A DNA stretch of 64,000 nucleotides from Psammoneis japonica (taxonomy: Eukaryota). Below the pieces are notes generated by a model. That model was not told where the DNA came from, searched no databases, and was given only the letters and a program-made list of their open reading frames with translations. Positions 62,150 through 64,000 of this stretch are shown in pieces; the first letter of the stretch is position 1, and the number at the start of each line of letters is the position of its first letter. The position numbers and the translations under genes were made by a program. The stretch covers positions 1 to 64,000 of the forward strand of contig QPGO01000163.1 in NCBI GenBank assembly GCA_008632985.1, given 5' to 3'.

Positions 62150-64000
62150 TCAGGTGACAAACAAAATCCAAGCCGATGTCATTGGGATTTCTGAAACTTG
62201 TTTGGACATGTCCCAACCTCAGATTGCTCAGACATGTCAATCAGTGGTCCAAAACACATTGCACTGCAGTCGTGTTGCCTTCTCAGCATCGTCACCAGTG
62301 TTCACAACTCCCTGCAAACCAGGAGGCACAGTCATCACATCCTGAAACTCCATTGCTTCCCGGTTTCACACAAAGAGTGAGGACTCACCAGGCAGATGGT
62401 CAACTCAGATGTTCAACGGGAAACAGGGAAAACAGGTGATGTTCATTTCTTGCTGTTGTGTGTGCCGGAACAATTCTTCCACCGCGGGAAAAACTGCCGC
62501 TTGTGCCCAACAAGTCAATTTGCTCCAACAGCAAGGTCGCGCACAACCTGAGCCAAGGCGGGCCTTTTGTTCTGATCTTTCCCACATCCTGGAAGCTTTT
62601 CTGGACCATCCTCACTGTGAAGTTGTTCTCTTTGGAGATTTTAGTGCAGATTTTTGTCTCATGACACTGACCCATTGGCTTGCATGGCCGCACGTTTCAA
62701 CCTGTCTGATGTTGTGTTCCAACAGATGCAAGAAATGGATTTTGCAGCTTGTCTCTGAGGATCTTGTCATCTTGACCACGTGTTGGCGACTCCAGGGGAA
62801 CTTAATTTGGTGTTGCAATGTGGTTGCAAACCGTTTGGATGCCGCGTCTCTTCCGATCACCTCGCGTGTTTTGTGGATTTCGATGCGGAAAAGCTTTTTG
62901 GCAACTTGCAGCTAGACACTCCAAAACCCACTCAGCAAACTCTCCAAACGAATTCTCCACAACAAGTTGCAACACATTTGGATGCCATTGGTCCCGTGTT
63001 AGAGAGTGGGAATGTTCTTCAGTGTAGCATGTTGCTTCTTGAGGCCACAACCCCCGATCATCTTTTGGCGCGTTCCAGCTCTAGGTGGGACCTCGCACTG
63101 CTGAACTGTGACACAATTATTTTTTATCATCCGTCGCATGTTTCGCACGTACATTTCTACGTGTTCCATTGTAAAAAATTGTTCCACACTGCCTGTTTTG
63201 CGAAGCCAAAGGCTTTCTGTTATCTAAATTTATGACAATAAAAATGCGCTGGGTGTGTTCTTTAATGTCTGAAGAACACACCCGGGCATGCTGTAAAGAA
63301 TGTACTTCAAGTGTGGAGGAGGAGATACGTTCGCAAAATTGCCTCTTTTTCTGTTGGCGATAATTCATGTATTCATTGCTTGACAATTTTACTGCAGAGC
63401 TCGCACGTAGAATTCTACGGGCCCAATGTCACAAAAAGTCCCACCCAGGACTGGAACCCGTCTTTTAGCGGAACGCTTGGATCGTGACATGACAAAGTTT
63501 TGTGTCTCTGCTGCCAAACAATGCCGACAGCATCATGAAGCTGCTTGGTCCCTCAAGTTGGCTGATCTGCGGAAGAAAGTCTTTGTTCTGTCTCGACTGC
63601 TGTCCATGTGCAAAAACCGAGTGCACACTTCATGGCACCGATTGTTCGAGAATGATGCAGAGTGCGAGAGTCTTTCACGCTGCTGTCTGCTCAAGCAGAT
63701 TGTCAATCGGCTCTCTGTCAAGCTCAGTTGGAATGCAAACAAATGGCTTGTGAGAGCCTGATGCACAGGGAAAAAGAAAGAGACAAATGCATCGCAGCAC
63801 CAGATTTGGAGAACACACCGGAAGCCGCCAAAGAGTCCAAGATCCTGCGGAATCTCAGGTGCGCTGAAGAAATGACCTGAGTGTTCTGCAAAACAAATGC
63901 CTTTGCAGACAAAGACAACTCCAGCGCAAGCAACATCCAGGTCCCTGCTGATCCTTCTGAAAATCCTAAAACCTGTGACTCCTGGGTGACAGTTGACTGC
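62150..64000 (+). mobile_element. Decayed LINE-type retrotransposon, APE-like endonuclease region, interrupted by a MITE
   Basis: 'ADVIGISETC', 'KPGGT', 'PGRWS', 'VVLFGDFSA', 'LDHVL', 'SSDHLACFVDFD'; the frame 'DHLL|AERLDRD' resumes across the MITE. Confidence 0.7.
63067..63462 (+). mobile_element. 396-bp MITE, family A (subfamily 1), largely unconverted (young)
   Basis: GGCGCGTTCCAG...CTGGAACCCGTC, TSD TTTT/TTTT; collinear with 55568-55963. Confidence 0.9.

Noticed and set aside
1..64000. Hundreds of overlapping Cys/His/Gln-rich ORFs in all six frames
   Set aside because: Expected from TAA/TAG depletion and TG/CA enrichment in converted domains; not real genes or metallothioneins

Overview
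Eukaryotic genomic DNA with GT-AG introns, most likely from a diatom (inferred from a DUF6824-like protein, SMSMS-tailed Pro/Thr-rich proteins and diatom-style retroelements). There are two assembly gaps. The window is a sharp mosaic. Gene islands of normal composition carry a FAS1 membrane protein, Cys-domain/PT-rich secreted paralogs, a PTPPG-repeat protein, CTP synthase, a MYND protein, a HECT-like gene, DUF6824, a 2OG-oxygenase/F-box/SUMO-like fusion, L-aspartate oxidase and a P-loop NTPase. These alternate with transposon/pseudogene domains almost devoid of TpA and often CpG. By-eye alignment of intact genes and elements with their decayed copies in this same window shows systematic TpA->TpG/CpA (A:T->G:C, mainly in TAY/RTA context, YTAR largely spared) plus CpG->TpG/CpA. 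This resembles a repeat-targeted hypermutation running opposite to fungal RIP, and it erases Tyr codons. It is the main candidate for an undescribed system. Coordinates and counts were made by eye and no database searches were run.
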